DNA of 64,000 bases from Lama guanicoe (Eukaryota). A program made the position numbers and the translations under genes. Shown one piece after another: positions 14,690 through 26,626 of this stretch. Under the pieces are notes generated by a model, which saw nothing but the letters and a program-made list of their open reading frames with translations, was not told where the DNA came from and made no database searches. Location of the stretch: contig MU056905.1 in NCBI GenBank assembly GCA_013239625.1, positions 38,168,783 to 38,232,782 of the forward strand, in the 5' to 3' direction. How positions within the stretch are numbered: position 1 is the first letter of the stretch; each line of letters opens with the position of its first letter.

Positions 14690-14860
14690 TCCAATCTGTT
14701 AATGGCATTTAATATTAATTTGGGAGGAACTGACATCTTTACTATATTTATATTTCTGTCCAGGATAATATTATTCTGGTAATCTAGGTCTTGCTTTAAG
14801 TCCTTTAGAGAAGTTATAGTTTTCCTCACAGTTACATTTATAAGGGTATTACTAAATAAT
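14690..14860 (-). mobile_element. Old L1 ORF2 fragment
   Basis: ORF 14656..14910 contains LKDLKQDLD...RNINIVKMSVPPKLILNAI, a degenerate match to L1 ORF2p LKEIKEDLNKW...RLNIVKMSILPKLIYRFNAI. Confidence 0.75.
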
Positions 14861-14879
14861 TGTGGTACGTCCAAACAAA

Positions 14880-15220
14880 AGCAAGTAGAAGTAATGACAC
14901 ATCTACACATACTGGCCTGGAAGGACCTCTATTATATATTGCTGGGTGAAAAAATACTAGAGTAATGTGTTTGATAGGATCCCATTTCCATAAAATGCAT
15001 ATGTATTAGATGGGAATATAATTTATACAAATCTAAATAGAAAATCTGGATATGAAATTGCAAATTGTTTCCTTGAGACAATTAACTATCTCTAAATGAG
15101 GAGGAGGTAAGGGACTGGTTTGGGGACTAAATTTCTTTTACCTTCAATTTTAAATTAGTACTGAGATTATAGGTTATTTTAATTTTATTAAGGTTCTTTA
15201 TAATTTGAAAACTAAAAATT
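14880..15220 (+). mobile_element. Old L1M (ME/MC) 3' UTR fragment
   Basis: tggaagga..ct...atattgctgggtgaaaaaa...gatcccattt, and terminal ttctttataatttgaaaa pattern. Confidence 0.55.
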
Positions 15221-16067
15221 TAGGGTAACACTGTAACAGCACTATTGGTGAAAGCATTTGTTTCCTTAATTAGGATATGAAAGTCCATAATGCCATGAAC
15301 AAATGGCAGCGGTAGGACTGTAGACAGCTGTGACCCCTCGCAGTTCCCTACGTGTGTGTCGGCTCTGTACGTGCACTGCACTAAGTATGCGTTCTGCTCT
15401 TTCTGGTTCACAGGGGACAATTAATGACACTATTATAATACTGGCTGAAATCAGTTTGAAGTCTAGAATTTCCTAAGTCAATCAACCATGTTGCTTTCGT
15501 TGTGCATAAAAGCAGTTTTAGCTCTTTCAAGGAGAGGAAATAATGTGATCGTCTCATATTTTTCAAGTTAAAAAGTTAATTTCCTAGACAAACACTTGAA
15601 ATCATTTATTTGTAGAAGAAGAAAAATAGAGAAAGTCTTCTATTTTTCTAGGGACCATGGAGAATGATGAGAAGCAAAGGTTAGGCCATTAGTAATTCAA
15701 ACAGGCAACGGGCTGCTGTGGCTCCTGCCTTTCTTACGTAAGGAGTTAGTCTGTAAAGCAGGGAGCAAATAAGATGCTGAGTCATTGCCTTGGCTGTTCG
15801 TGCTGGGCTAAAGCTGTGACCAGGGGACCATTTTTACCTTTACTTCTTTTTCTGGGAGATGTCTTTATGACTCTCACTGAGGAATAATTGTAGTAAAACA
15901 TGCATTTCTGAGTTACCCTTTTCCTTTATCTCAGGGAAATAGTAAGTTCCACTTTTTTTTTAAGTGACTGAGTGGGGGATTAAAGAAGAAAAATTTGAAA
16001 ACAGTTAAAAATCAATTTCAAGAGTTCTATTTCACATTTCTGATCTTATTTCTTAGTTGCTAGGTCT

Positions 16068-16200
16068 TTTGCTTTTTTTTTTTGGTGGGAAGGAGGTAAT
16101 TAGGTTTATTTACTTATTTTTAGAGGAGGTACTGGGGATTGAACCCAGGACCTCGTGTATGCTAAGCATGTGCTCTACTGCTTTGAGCTATGACCTCCCC
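16068..16200 (-). mobile_element. tRNA-derived SINE, camelid Vic-1 type, full length
   Basis: Minus strand reads GGGGAGGTCATAGCTCAAAGCAGTAGAGC (A box) ... GGTCCTGGGTTCAATCCCCAGTACCTCC (B box), then an A-rich tail. TSD ttgctaggtct (16057-16067) / ttgctatgtct (16201-16211). Confidence 0.9.
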
Positions 16201-17299
16201 TTGCTATGTCTGTTACAATTAGATTCGTATTATATGATGCCAAAAGAATTTCATTAAATATAGAGAGTTAAGTCAGATCCGTTGGAAGAGGCAGGCAAAA
16301 TCACTGGTTACATTGGCAAAATCTTAGACTCTGTAACTGGTTGCCCAGGCAGGGCATGTTGAGGTATGTTCCCCTAACATAAATGCTCTCGCTTCTGAGA
16401 AGGCAAACCTACATAGACACCATCCCTGTTCTAACGGTAGCTCAAGATACAAAGCAAGATGTTGAAGAAGGAAAAAGGGTGATAAATTTATAGCAGACAT
16501 CAGGAAAATAAGGGATTAAGGGACAAAATACAAACAGTATATCCTTTTGGAAGAGGAGGGCACTACAGTCGAGTGCAATTTTTTTAAAAAAGATTGTTTT
16601 TGATGTTTCTAGTTCTCTGAGCATCGTTGCAGTGTTTCAAACTCAATAGTATTTTCACTTTTGTCGCATATCTGTTGTAGGCCTAATGGGAAATTGTAGC
16701 TTCATAAAAGGAAGTGAAAAAATGGCAGGGACATACATTTTTAATAGCTTTATTTAAAAACTCTGTCAAAGACAGATAATACAGATAATAAACTCTCAAA
16801 GCCCATGAAACAGTTTTAAAATCAGGACTACTGGGGGGCTTGAATCCTGCCAATGCAATTACCTATGAGGAAATCTGACCTGCCTTCTTCCTTTCCTGTG
16901 TGCTGAATAGAGAGGAGACGATAGACTGGAAACTCGAAGATGCGAATGTAGGCGTTCTGGGTTGAATTAGTGAGCTGTGCAGCTGTGGGGCCTGTTTCTG
17001 ACAGTGACCCATGGAAAAGCATGAGGTCCGACAGGACAACACAAAGTCAAGGTGTGAACATGTCTCCTTTTAAGTCTGTAACTCAAAACAGACCCATACA
17101 TGGATCTCCATTTGTTCCATCTCCTAGAGGAACAAGTTATTTTTTTACTACCCAACTGTAAAGTAGCAAAGAAAATTTGATGAAGAATTTTAGAGTAGAA
17201 AGGTGCCTTTGAGCTTGTTCTCAACGGCCCTCCCTTTTATCTATTCTCCTTCAAACTTCAGTCACTTCCTAACTCCAGCATTGTGAGATGTGATAAACA

Positions 17300-17800
17300 G
17301 TGAGGTATCACTCCAGCTCTCCCTTTCATGATTTTCTGACTTTTATCAGATCTCAGCTCAGCCTTTGTTTTCCAGACTACAAAGTCCCAGTATTCTTAGC
17401 CTGTCCTCACACACAGCTCCTTCATCCCTGTTTAGCTGCCTCTGTGGTCCTGTAACCCCACTAGATCTTTCCTAAGGTGGGTGAGTTTCAGTCTGGGACA
17501 GAGGAAGGACATTTTTTCCCTCTTGAATTTTGACTGAATTCTTACAATCTTCCATGACAACACCAAGCCTCTTTGGTTGTAGTGACCCACTTGAATGTCT
17601 TCAATGGATGGTTTCTATGTGACTTTTCTTGGTTTATAATTAACTCTATTATTTTACACTCTAACTTAAAAAATAGTTTTTTTTTTCTTTCAATGTATTA
17701 TTTCTAAACTTGCCCACACTGAAGCTCATCTACCGCATGCTGGCTCATTGAGCCTAGCAAAATTCTTCTGACTTACTAAGCTTGGAATTTCAGTGGCTGC
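17300..17800 (-). mobile_element. CR1/L3 LINE fragment
   Basis: ctcagcctttgttttccagactacaaagtcccagt..cttagcctgtcctca; later acttgcccacactgaagctcatct. Confidence 0.6.
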
Positions 17801-18609
17801 AAACATGCATGTTACCTTCAAAATTGGGAGTTTCAAGGTAACTGGTAAAAATTCACAGACCTCTTTGGAACTATTTCTGTTTCTGTTTCTTTTGTTTCTG
17901 GATCTCTTATTAACAGTTTACAGCTCAGCTCTGTTTTCCTGTTTCAATTCAGATCTCTTCAGTTTTATTATTTAAACATAATATTGGCCTGCAGAGTCCC
18001 ATAGCACTTCATAGGGGTAGTAAGCCTTTGTACTATTACATCATATTGCTCCCCCCTGCCCCAGCTCCATAATATCACACGCTGCCTTCCAGAATCAGCC
18101 CTTGATAATTCGAGTAGCAGGCAAATTTTTTCTTTAGTCTTTCTCTACCACCTAATAGGCACTAGAATCCCTTAGACTTGGACGTTCTTCCATAGCGTCC
18201 TTGCAATCCCCCTATTCCTCTACCACTGATACAGCTGAAACTGCTGTGTTTGGCATCTCTTCTTCTTCTGTGTGTTAAGAATCAATCATTAAAATAACAT
18301 TCCAATCTGTACACTGAAAAACTGAAGAGATCCTTTCAGCCTGGAAATCTATTAATCTTTGATGTCTGATCTTCTGAACTTGTTGCTACTGCCTTTGCTA
18401 TTTAAATAACCCAAAACTAATTGAACAGTCAACCAACTAATTTATATTAGTTTGGCTTCCATGATCGAATTTTAGTTGGGGCATGAGGGCATTTTGGAAT
18501 CGGGTAGAACTTTTGGCCATCTCTCAGGCTATAACGTGGAGCCGGCCATCTATTGTCCAGGTTGAACCGGGTGAGAAAGGATAAGGACTTGGAAATCATG
18601 TTTTACCCG

Positions 18610-18850
18610 TGGAGTCTGAAGACTGCTTGGGTTGAAATCCTGAATCTGCCAAAAACTAATTCTGTGATGCGGGGAAAGATGTTTACCTCTGTGTGCTTCC
18701 ATTTCACCAATAAAATAGGATTAAAAGTAGTATTTACCTCATAGAGTTGTAAATGCGGATTACATCAGTTAGCATATGGAAAGCTTAGGTTCACACATGT
18801 TAGGATGGTGTCTGGCTCACATTGTGCTATGAGAGTGTCTGCTGTCATTT
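18610..18850 (+). mobile_element. MIR
   Basis: ggagtctga..gggttgaaatcctg..ctgtga..tttacctctgtgtgc..acctcatagagttgt. Confidence 0.7.
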
Positions 18851-19779
18851 TTACTTGGATAGGCAAGGGCTAGCAGAGTGCACTGACTGGGTATTCAAAT
18901 GACGCTTGTTGTATGATAGGATATGTACCTGCCTGGACTTACTGAGGAGTTTTTGTGCTGTTCTGCAGTAAGACATTTCAGCCTGTCCCTCACTTCTTTT
19001 AAGTTCAGATCTAGCCCCCACCCCACATCTGCTCTTCATGTTTCATTAAAACCACTTTAGTCCTTCAGTCCTAACTGGCTGGGTCTCACATGGTAGGATG
19101 ATCCAGCTTAAAGATCCTTCCTACCTTTTTTAGACCAATTTGTTCACCTCTTAGGGATTCAGACTATTTTTATCAATATTGTAATTAAGCATTTTGAAGT
19201 GTCACAGAATTTTATATTGTAACATTCAAGCCTAAAATTATGATGAAGGCTTCTGACATCACAGCCAACTTATTATGCAGATTCTGATCTCGTTAGCTCA
19301 GTAAGATGCCAGTTTATTTGCATATGATTGCTTGACCCTGATAGCATGGCCAATTAATTTGCATATCCCTATCTAATTGGCTCAAATAAGTTTTTGCCAC
19401 TTTATTTGTTGGCCCAGCTCCCAGACTGGTGTCTTTTAGTCCAAATCAATTGGATTTGGGGTGGTTTTCTCTGTCATGCTTTCAATACCAGTGGAAGGGC
19501 AGATAAAGTGGTGGTCATGAATGTTTAACCGAACTTTTGTCCTCTGTCAGAAAAGACTGAAGAAGAAGAAACAATAATTTAGACATGTGGGCAAGGTATT
19601 TTTCAAGGAAGGGGATACTGAACTAATTAAAAAAAAAAGGGACTTCTTATTTAAGGAAATTCCAATATATAAGGCAAAGGATGTATTTACATCACTGCTA
19701 AAAATTCTGATTTGGAATTTGGCTGACCTGGACCTCGGATAAAATTATGATGTAGCATCAAAGCCTCTAAAATGCATTT

Positions 19780-19900
19780 TATTTTTCTTATTTTAAATTG
19801 TGATATAATTGACAAACATTTTAAGTTTAAAGCATACAATGTGTTGACTTAATATGCTTAGATATTGCAATATGATTTCCACCCTAGCTTCAGCTAACTG
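19780..19900 (-). mobile_element. L1MA/MB-type 3' end fragment
   Basis: attgtgatataattgaca...aagtttaaagcatacaatgtgttgact...tattgcaatatgatt pattern. Confidence 0.65.
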
Positions 19901-19913
19901 TACATTCTCTATA

Positions 19914-20100
19914 TAGTGTAGTTTTCAAATGTAAGATGCATAGGAATAACATGGGGGGATGTTTGAAATGCAGTTTCCAGGTTCCCACCCGTAGACACTT
20001 AGTGACAGTGTGGTCTGAGGTTGTCCATGAAATCTTAAATTTTAACATGAACTTTGGGTGGTTCTGATATAGATGGAATATCACATCTTGATAAACACTG
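19914..20100. mobile_element. MER5-like hAT-Charlie MITE
   Basis: Degenerate TIRs (agtgtagttttcaaa ... ttgataaacactg) and internal aaatgcagtttccaggttcccaccc...ttttaaca..ggtggttctgat. Confidence 0.7.
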
Positions 20101-21733
20101 CTTGATGCCTGTGCTCATTCATGGGTTCCTCATGGAATCTAGTGGTTCCCCAAGGTTGGGTGAGTTGCTCTTTCCTAGATGACTTCAACATTTTGAATTG
20201 GCTCTATTTTCCAACTTCTATTTCTAGGACAGTAGAATTAAGAAGGAAAAACCCCATGACAAATTCTTGAAAATTACGTCTTGAAGAAAGGAAAGGTGTG
20301 TGTGAGGGGGTAGGGCTGGCAGGGTTAGGAAGGCAAGGTGAATCTTCCTGGTTTGGGTGTCAGGGGCTTATCCGCACACAGGCAGTCTCTCATAAAGCGA
20401 TGCTGACTCTTGTACCACCGTGTACGCCTCCATGTGTCTCCCCCATCATCCCTCTTGAGTAGTTGCTATTGTTTGTGAATTCCATCGCCCTTAATTTTGG
20501 AGACATAGGTGCTTTGTGGGATCTCTGCTCTGACCGCAGTCTTTGCTTTTCACTGTATAAATTCCATAGTGATAAGACAGGACTGGGGACAGACAGGAAG
20601 AAGACTAGGGGTGGGGCCTGGGGTGGAAAGTGATGGGGGAAAAGACAGTAAGTAAGGGGGAACGCTTTCCACCACACTTTCTCCAGCCAGCCCTGAGGAT
20701 GTCCTTGATCTGATCCCCCTTGTAGCCACCTGCCCAGCAGCTTGATCGTCAGCAGACTGCTGGAATGGGTCCATGTGACTTCAGTCCTTCCTGCTTTCCC
20801 CAGCATTCTCCTCCTGCCAAGGCTTGACGTGTTTTTGGTGTTCTCACAGTTCAGGTGAATACAAACCCTATCAAAGTGGCAGTGCTGCAAATTGTTACCC
20901 TTATCTGTTTGCCGTGGTTCCCAGTACCACAGACACGTAGAAAAATTTCAAAAGGATTATGTTCTAGCTTCAGGGGAAGAGGGAAATGCAACAGTCTTTG
21001 AGACGTTCTGTGCTGGGGAATTGGAGAACCTGGACTTCGGTCCCAGCTATCCTGTCTACAAATCAGGTGACTTCGAGCGTCAGTTTTGACAAAAGCAGTT
21101 GCCAGTACTGAATGCCACCTTCTCCGTGCCAGACATGGAGCAGGATGACTTACGTCTCTAAGCTTCAATTTTCTGAGAATATCACCTTCAGAAATTACCT
21201 CTCAGGTCTGTCATGAAGACCACATGAAAAAACCAAGTTATAAAAGGTTTTCTAAATTAGGAAAGTGTGATAATGACTTCTTAACAGTTGAGAACAATGT
21301 TCATATTTAAGTTGAAAAACAGACCTTCTCCTTAATACAGAAACTTAAAAGCTTATGATCATTTCCATTTTGCTGATTCAGAAGTTGTGTCTTTGCTTCA
21401 ACAGTTACTGTACTTGTTGGGAAACTGTCAGAGTTTTGTTTCATTTGTGATAGAAAGCCCAAACTGAACTTACAATCTTGACACTCCTCATTAAACCTGT
21501 ACTCAGAAGTCTCAAATTTCTCGGATGACACACACAAAAAAGACAAACGAGTATCTGTGACGTCAATGGGGCCAAGGAGGCAGGAAGAAGCTACTTAGTT
21601 ATTTCTGACTTGAGAGTCTACACAGGCATAAATTCAAACATAAAAATTACACAGCTAGAAAATGTAAGACATACAACCTCATACCTTTAGGAATCCTTAA
21701 CTTTTCTGATGCTTGCAGTTTCTTAGATCTCTT

Positions 21734-22090
21734 TGCTATAGGTTGAATGTTAATGTTCCCCTAAAAATTCATACATTGAATCAGAGACCCTAATGCGATG
21801 GCTTTTGGAGGTGGGATCTTTGGAAGGTGATTAGGTCTTGAGGGTGGAGCCCTCATGGATGAAATCAGTGACCTCATAAAAGAGACTCCAGAGAGCTCCC
21901 TTGTTCCTTCTACCGTGTGACAACGCAGAGAAAACACCAGCTATGAACCAGGAAGCAGGTTCTCACCAGACAGTGAGCCTGCTGGCACCTTGATCTTGGA
22001 CTTACCAGCCTCCAGAGCTGTGTGAACTTTCTCTTTACAAGACACCCATGTTATGGTATCCTGTTATAGCAGCCTGAATGAACTAAGGCA
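21734..22090 (+). mobile_element. MaLR solo LTR (MLT1A-like)
   Basis: TG...CA ends. tgctataggttgaatg, gagggtggagccctcatg, ctcaccagac...tgctggcaccttgatcttggactt, tgttatagcagcc...aactaaggca. Confidence 0.88.
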
Positions 22091-22849
22091 TTTTTCATGT
22101 CCTCCCTCAATTTTAACCAAAAGGAAACAGTTCTTATTTGAAGGGAGATGTACTCCAAATGTGCAGATGAGTATTAAGATGTGGTTCCTAGGCAGAAGGC
22201 TTGATTTTTTCTCTAAGTACAGGGCAAAAAAGCTATTCATTCCCTAGTGCATCAACTTGCTCCTGAAGAACAGCCTTGAAGCCTGAAAGATTCAACATTT
22301 CAGTACAAATAACTAGATTCATAAATACTGACAGTTGCTCACAAATACTTGAGAGTTGTAATGTGAAGCATGACAGTTCAGGGGTCTGCTGTAGGTATGT
22401 GGATGGTCCAGTCAAGATTATCACTGTAAAGTTAGTTGGGTTTCACATGTTTTTCTCTATTGGGTTTATGATAGAGGCAAAATCTTAGGGCAATTCATTT
22501 TGAATTAACACAGTAGAAAAGAAAGAAACCAACCCTGTTAAAGGGTAGTAAGAAATTAGTTTTTAAAATGTTTCCATTTCTTATTTTCAATCCTTTTGTT
22601 GATGAATTCCATACCTCATCTGAATTCCATACCTTGTCTTAATTCACTATAGGGTCTTTGCAAAACATGGGTCTACTGATACCATTTCCTCTGAACTGAG
22701 CAGCCAACCCCATCAAACTTTCTTTTCTTTCCACTGAATCAAGCAATTGGTTAAACTGTCCATTGGCTGCTTTCACATTTTGCATATTTAGCTTAGGATT
22801 CAATAGCATTACTAATAGAAATAATTACAGTAATATCCAGTGAGCTTGT

Positions 22850-23000
22850 TAATCTGTTCTCATTTATTTCTCACAATAACCTTACAAACAAGAGTGTCTT
22901 ATTACTCCCACTTCACAGATAATGCAACTGAGGCTTAGAAAGCTAAGTAACTTATCCAATGTCAAATGGCTGGCAGTGGCAGACTGAGATTTAAATGCTG
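22850..23000 (-). mobile_element. MIR
   Basis: ctcacaataacctta..ccacttcacagataatgcaactgaggcttaga..aagtaacttatccaa. Confidence 0.75.
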
Positions 23001-24222
23001 GCCAAAAAAAAAACCCCACTTGGGTTCCAATTAACTAGCCATTTTCCAGCAAATGTAGTTTGGTATTGGAATTACCTGGAATGATCTCATTATGTAACTT
23101 TGGTCTTCTCGGACATAGGTCAACGTACTTTGAGACAGACCATCCAAGTGCTTAAAGTTATTTTAATGGTAAGTAGGTTAAACAAATTTGAAATGCAGGA
23201 CTTGTTTTTTCCAGGCCATAGCTCCTTTGTAAATAATTCATTATTCCTCCAGCAGCTCTGCTCAGTGCTACCAGTCAGTGCAGGCACTTTGGGTGCATAA
23301 ATACAGTGCACAGTCTAGTGAGAGAAGTGTGATATTTGAAGGGTGTAAACAACTACTGGCATTAAAAAAAAAGAGAGATTTGTTGTTCTGGGATAGGTCA
23401 AAAAAGGCTTCATGGAATCCTCCACCTAAAATGCTCTCTCTTCCAGGCACCCCATGGCTCACTTCCTCACCTCCTCCAGGTTGCTGCCGAAATGGCACCT
23501 ACTCACGAGGTTTTCTGTGACCACCCCATTTAAAACTCCTCCCAGCCTTCCTTATCCTGCTGCCCTGCTGTGTGTCCTTTGTAGCACTTAGCACCTCTTC
23601 GCATACCTTGTGCTTTTCTTATTTTTGAGCATCCTGTCGCATGTTTCCCCCCTGCTACAAGGTAAGCTGGAGGGGGGCAGGGTTCTTTGGTGGTTTTGTC
23701 CACTGATGTGAACCTAGTTTCAAAACAGTGCCTAACACAGTATAGGAAAGCAATGCATGGTTGTTCAAAGGATGAAGGAAATAAGACTTGAGCTGGATCC
23801 AAAGAATGGATAGGATTTAGCTAGACTTTGGATGGAAGAGAATTCCAGGGGAAGAAACTGACCGAAGAATGGAGGCAGCAAATGACATAGCCTGTTTGGA
23901 GACAAGTGTTTGGTCACCTTGGTTAAAATACAGAAATATGGTGAGGTCTGGAAGAATCTAGATCATGTAGACCTCAGTGATGATGACTTAATTTCACAGG
24001 CAGCAGGGAACCCTTAGATGAGGACTCTTTAAGGATATTGAGCCTTTAAATATCCTTAATTTAATATTTAACAATTTAGCCAAGTCACTCCTGGCAATTC
24101 AAATTTAGGCATGAAACCAGGTTGGGTGGTTCCTGAAGCTAATGTAATTGTAAACCCTGGCAAAACAGCCCACTTTGGTTCCAATTAACTAGCATTTTCA
24201 GTAAATGTAGGTTGGTATTTGG
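22998..24222 (+). repeat. Dispersed ~70-bp direct repeat pair (22998-23070 and 24157-24222)
   Basis: cccacttgggttccaattaactagccattttccagcaaatgtagtttggtatt vs cccactttggttccaattaactagcattttcagtaaatgtaggttggtatt. Confidence 0.9.
23530..23780 (+). mobile_element. L2 3' fragment
   Basis: gtaagctggagggggcagg..tttgtccactgatgt..aacagtgcctaacacagtatagg..caat. Confidence 0.7.
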
Positions 24223-24924
24223 CAAAAAGTAAAGAATAGAGTCAAGAATATAAAGTTAGGAACAGTAAATTAGATGTGACCTCTGGCCTGGCCCCTTTCA
24301 GGCCACAGTGCTAAGTTAGTCCATTGGGTGGCAGGAGTCATCCCAGAAGTCCTTCCTTCGCTGGGATGCCCAGCAGTAACCAAACTACCCAGAGATACGA
24401 GTACAGGCCATGTGAATACGTTCTACCAGGGACAACGTCCCTTAGCTCAATCTCAAAAATGCCTGTAGCCTCTCTGAGGCCACCGAACAGCAAGAGAGAT
24501 GGATGATGGAAGAGAAGTCAGAGTGTCAAGAGGCACAAACTGTGACAAAAAAGTAGTAGTTGCAATTTCTTTCTATGACCAGGGGAACTCATTTCTGGGA
24601 CCTTGGAAGAAGACTGAACAAATAAGGGAGTCTGAAGTTCCAGCTGGTATCATGGGAGAGCTGCTTCTGGACCTCTGAGGAAGGGTATCAGATGAACTGG
24701 GAGGAAGACCACTAGGCACAGGTGATGAGATGGTTGGCATGAGAGTTTGGAAAGGATGGGGAGAGAGAGGATATGGAGGAACCCTGTAATTAGAGCTGGC
24801 TGCTGAGCCAAGGGAAAGAGAAAGGTCAAAAGTGTCTGAAGTCATCACTCGGGATACTAAATAGAAATCTGGGCGTGAACTGCTCTTGTGCCTAAAAATT
24901 TCTCTGCACGTTAAATACTCTGTT

Positions 24925-25300
24925 GTTCTAGGTTTAAGTGCTTGGTATATATTACCATCATTGATGTTCAAAATATCACATCTTTCGCCAGCGGAAGCCT
25001 CTTCACGGAGGCTCCTAAGTCTTGTGACATGACCGCTAGTCTTCCATAGTTGCCTTGCTTTCTGGTAAGATGAGATTTCTGGGCTTGTTTTGTATAGTTC
25101 CTGGGCCATACCTGGAATCTTCCATTTCTCCAGTAAGGCCCAGATTCTCTTAGTGAGAAACTGTATTTTCAAACCATATCTGGCTCTCCGGACGCTCACT
25201 GCTACTGGGTCGGTCTTTGTTTCTAGGCCTTTTCCATGGACAGTGCCAGGAAAGCTGTATGTATATAGACATGTGCGTATGTATATGCATATATTCTGCA
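24925..25300 (-). mobile_element. L1MC4/5-like 3' region fragment
   Basis: gcctcttca..ggctcct..gtc.tgtgacatgacc, cctggaatc..ccatttctcca, ctcactgctactgggt..gtttctaggccttttc..tggacag resemble L1MC consensus in antisense. Confidence 0.8.
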
Positions 25301-25931
25301 CCTTAGGCACGATAAATACTCTAGGTCTGTGAAAGAAACTGACCATTGTTTTAAACTTGCTCTGTTCGGCTACTAGGCAGTGAAAGCAGCACATTTTAAA
25401 GTGGGGTCTTAGTGACATGAAAGAGGTGGTGCAGGTTCCCAGGCGACTGACTTATCAACAGCAATAAACTTGGGCACCAGGAGAATCTGGATGGCAAATT
25501 AGTGGTTCAGGAAGTGGAAACGTAGCTGTAGTGTTTTTCGGCTGTTAGGCTTCAGAATATAAAATTGGCCTGATGCATTAGAGTGGCTTTGGAAATCTGC
25601 AACATTTTTATTAGAGAGATCACTGAATACCCAGTAATGTTGGTTCTAACTCCACCACCACAGTGACAGCTAGACACTATTTAGGGTGACCCTGTGACAT
25701 AGCAAGAACGTTTCTCACACTTGAGTGATTTGTTAGAAAAGCAAAAACAGAATTGATTTGATCACACAATGAAGAAAATCAAAACTGGGCTCGGCTATGG
25801 AGATGACGAGTTCTTGTACTGACTGCTTTTGAGCAAGAGTATGCTTCGCTTTTTTTTTTTTAAAAAACACTAAAATTGGGTTCTATAGAACTTTAAATCC
25901 CAAAGTCTCCCCCATCCCCAATATAAGCTGT

Positions 25932-25958
25932 AAAAAAAAAAAAAAAAAAAAAAAAAAA
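25932..25958 (+). repeat. A27 homopolymer (U-tract in SYT1 pre-mRNA)
   Basis: 27 consecutive A; no attached retroelement body recognised. Confidence 0.95.
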
Positions 25959-26461
25959 GCATTACCGTGAGGATTCCCTCTCCACCAGATGTTACTGTTC
26001 ACATATATTTGAAATGCTGAATGTTTAATGAAACACTGTTGTTAAAAACTGTATTAGGCTATATTTGATACATTTCCCTAATATGTAATTCTTTATAAGT
26101 ATTTACCTAATAAATCTCAGATAAAAACTATCTTTCATATCATAAATTTTGACCGAAAAAAGCAAAACCAAAAAACAACCCACGACAAAATTACAAGTGG
26201 TCATAAGCATTGCCTTTCAAAAGAGAAGCAAAAACCTTCAGCTTTCAGTGGTGTAGGACTGACAATTGATACTTTGGCTATGAACGAGGCAAATAGGTTA
26301 CATCTTCTATGCCAATTGCAATAAACTGAGGCTGGCTTCCCGGGGCTCTGTGGTGGGATGAATTCTGAGACTGCTTCCAGGCTCCGTAGGAAAGAGAACT
26401 GTGATCAGTTAAGGAGCGGGGAGTCGCGGCATGTGTGCTACGCCTTCGGTGTCAAGGATTA

Positions 26462-26626
<165 letters not shown>

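Noticed and set aside
16068-16200. tRNA gene-like A and B boxes
   Set aside because: It has an A-rich tail and TSD and lacks a proper acceptor stem, so it is a SINE, not a tRNA.
22603-22638. Short tandem duplications (18-bp here; others near 16762, 32593, 56618, 59769)
   Set aside because: Two-copy slippage products common in mammalian introns. There is no spacer-repeat array structure, so nothing CRISPR-like.
24573-25418. Longest ORF (281 aa), same strand as SYT1, about 1.1 kb downstream of the C2B exon
   Set aside because: Much of it runs through an L1MC-type non-coding 3' region and a simple TA/CA-rich tract. The remainder is low-complexity Ser/Pro with no domain and no evident splice context, so it is best explained as a chance ORF.
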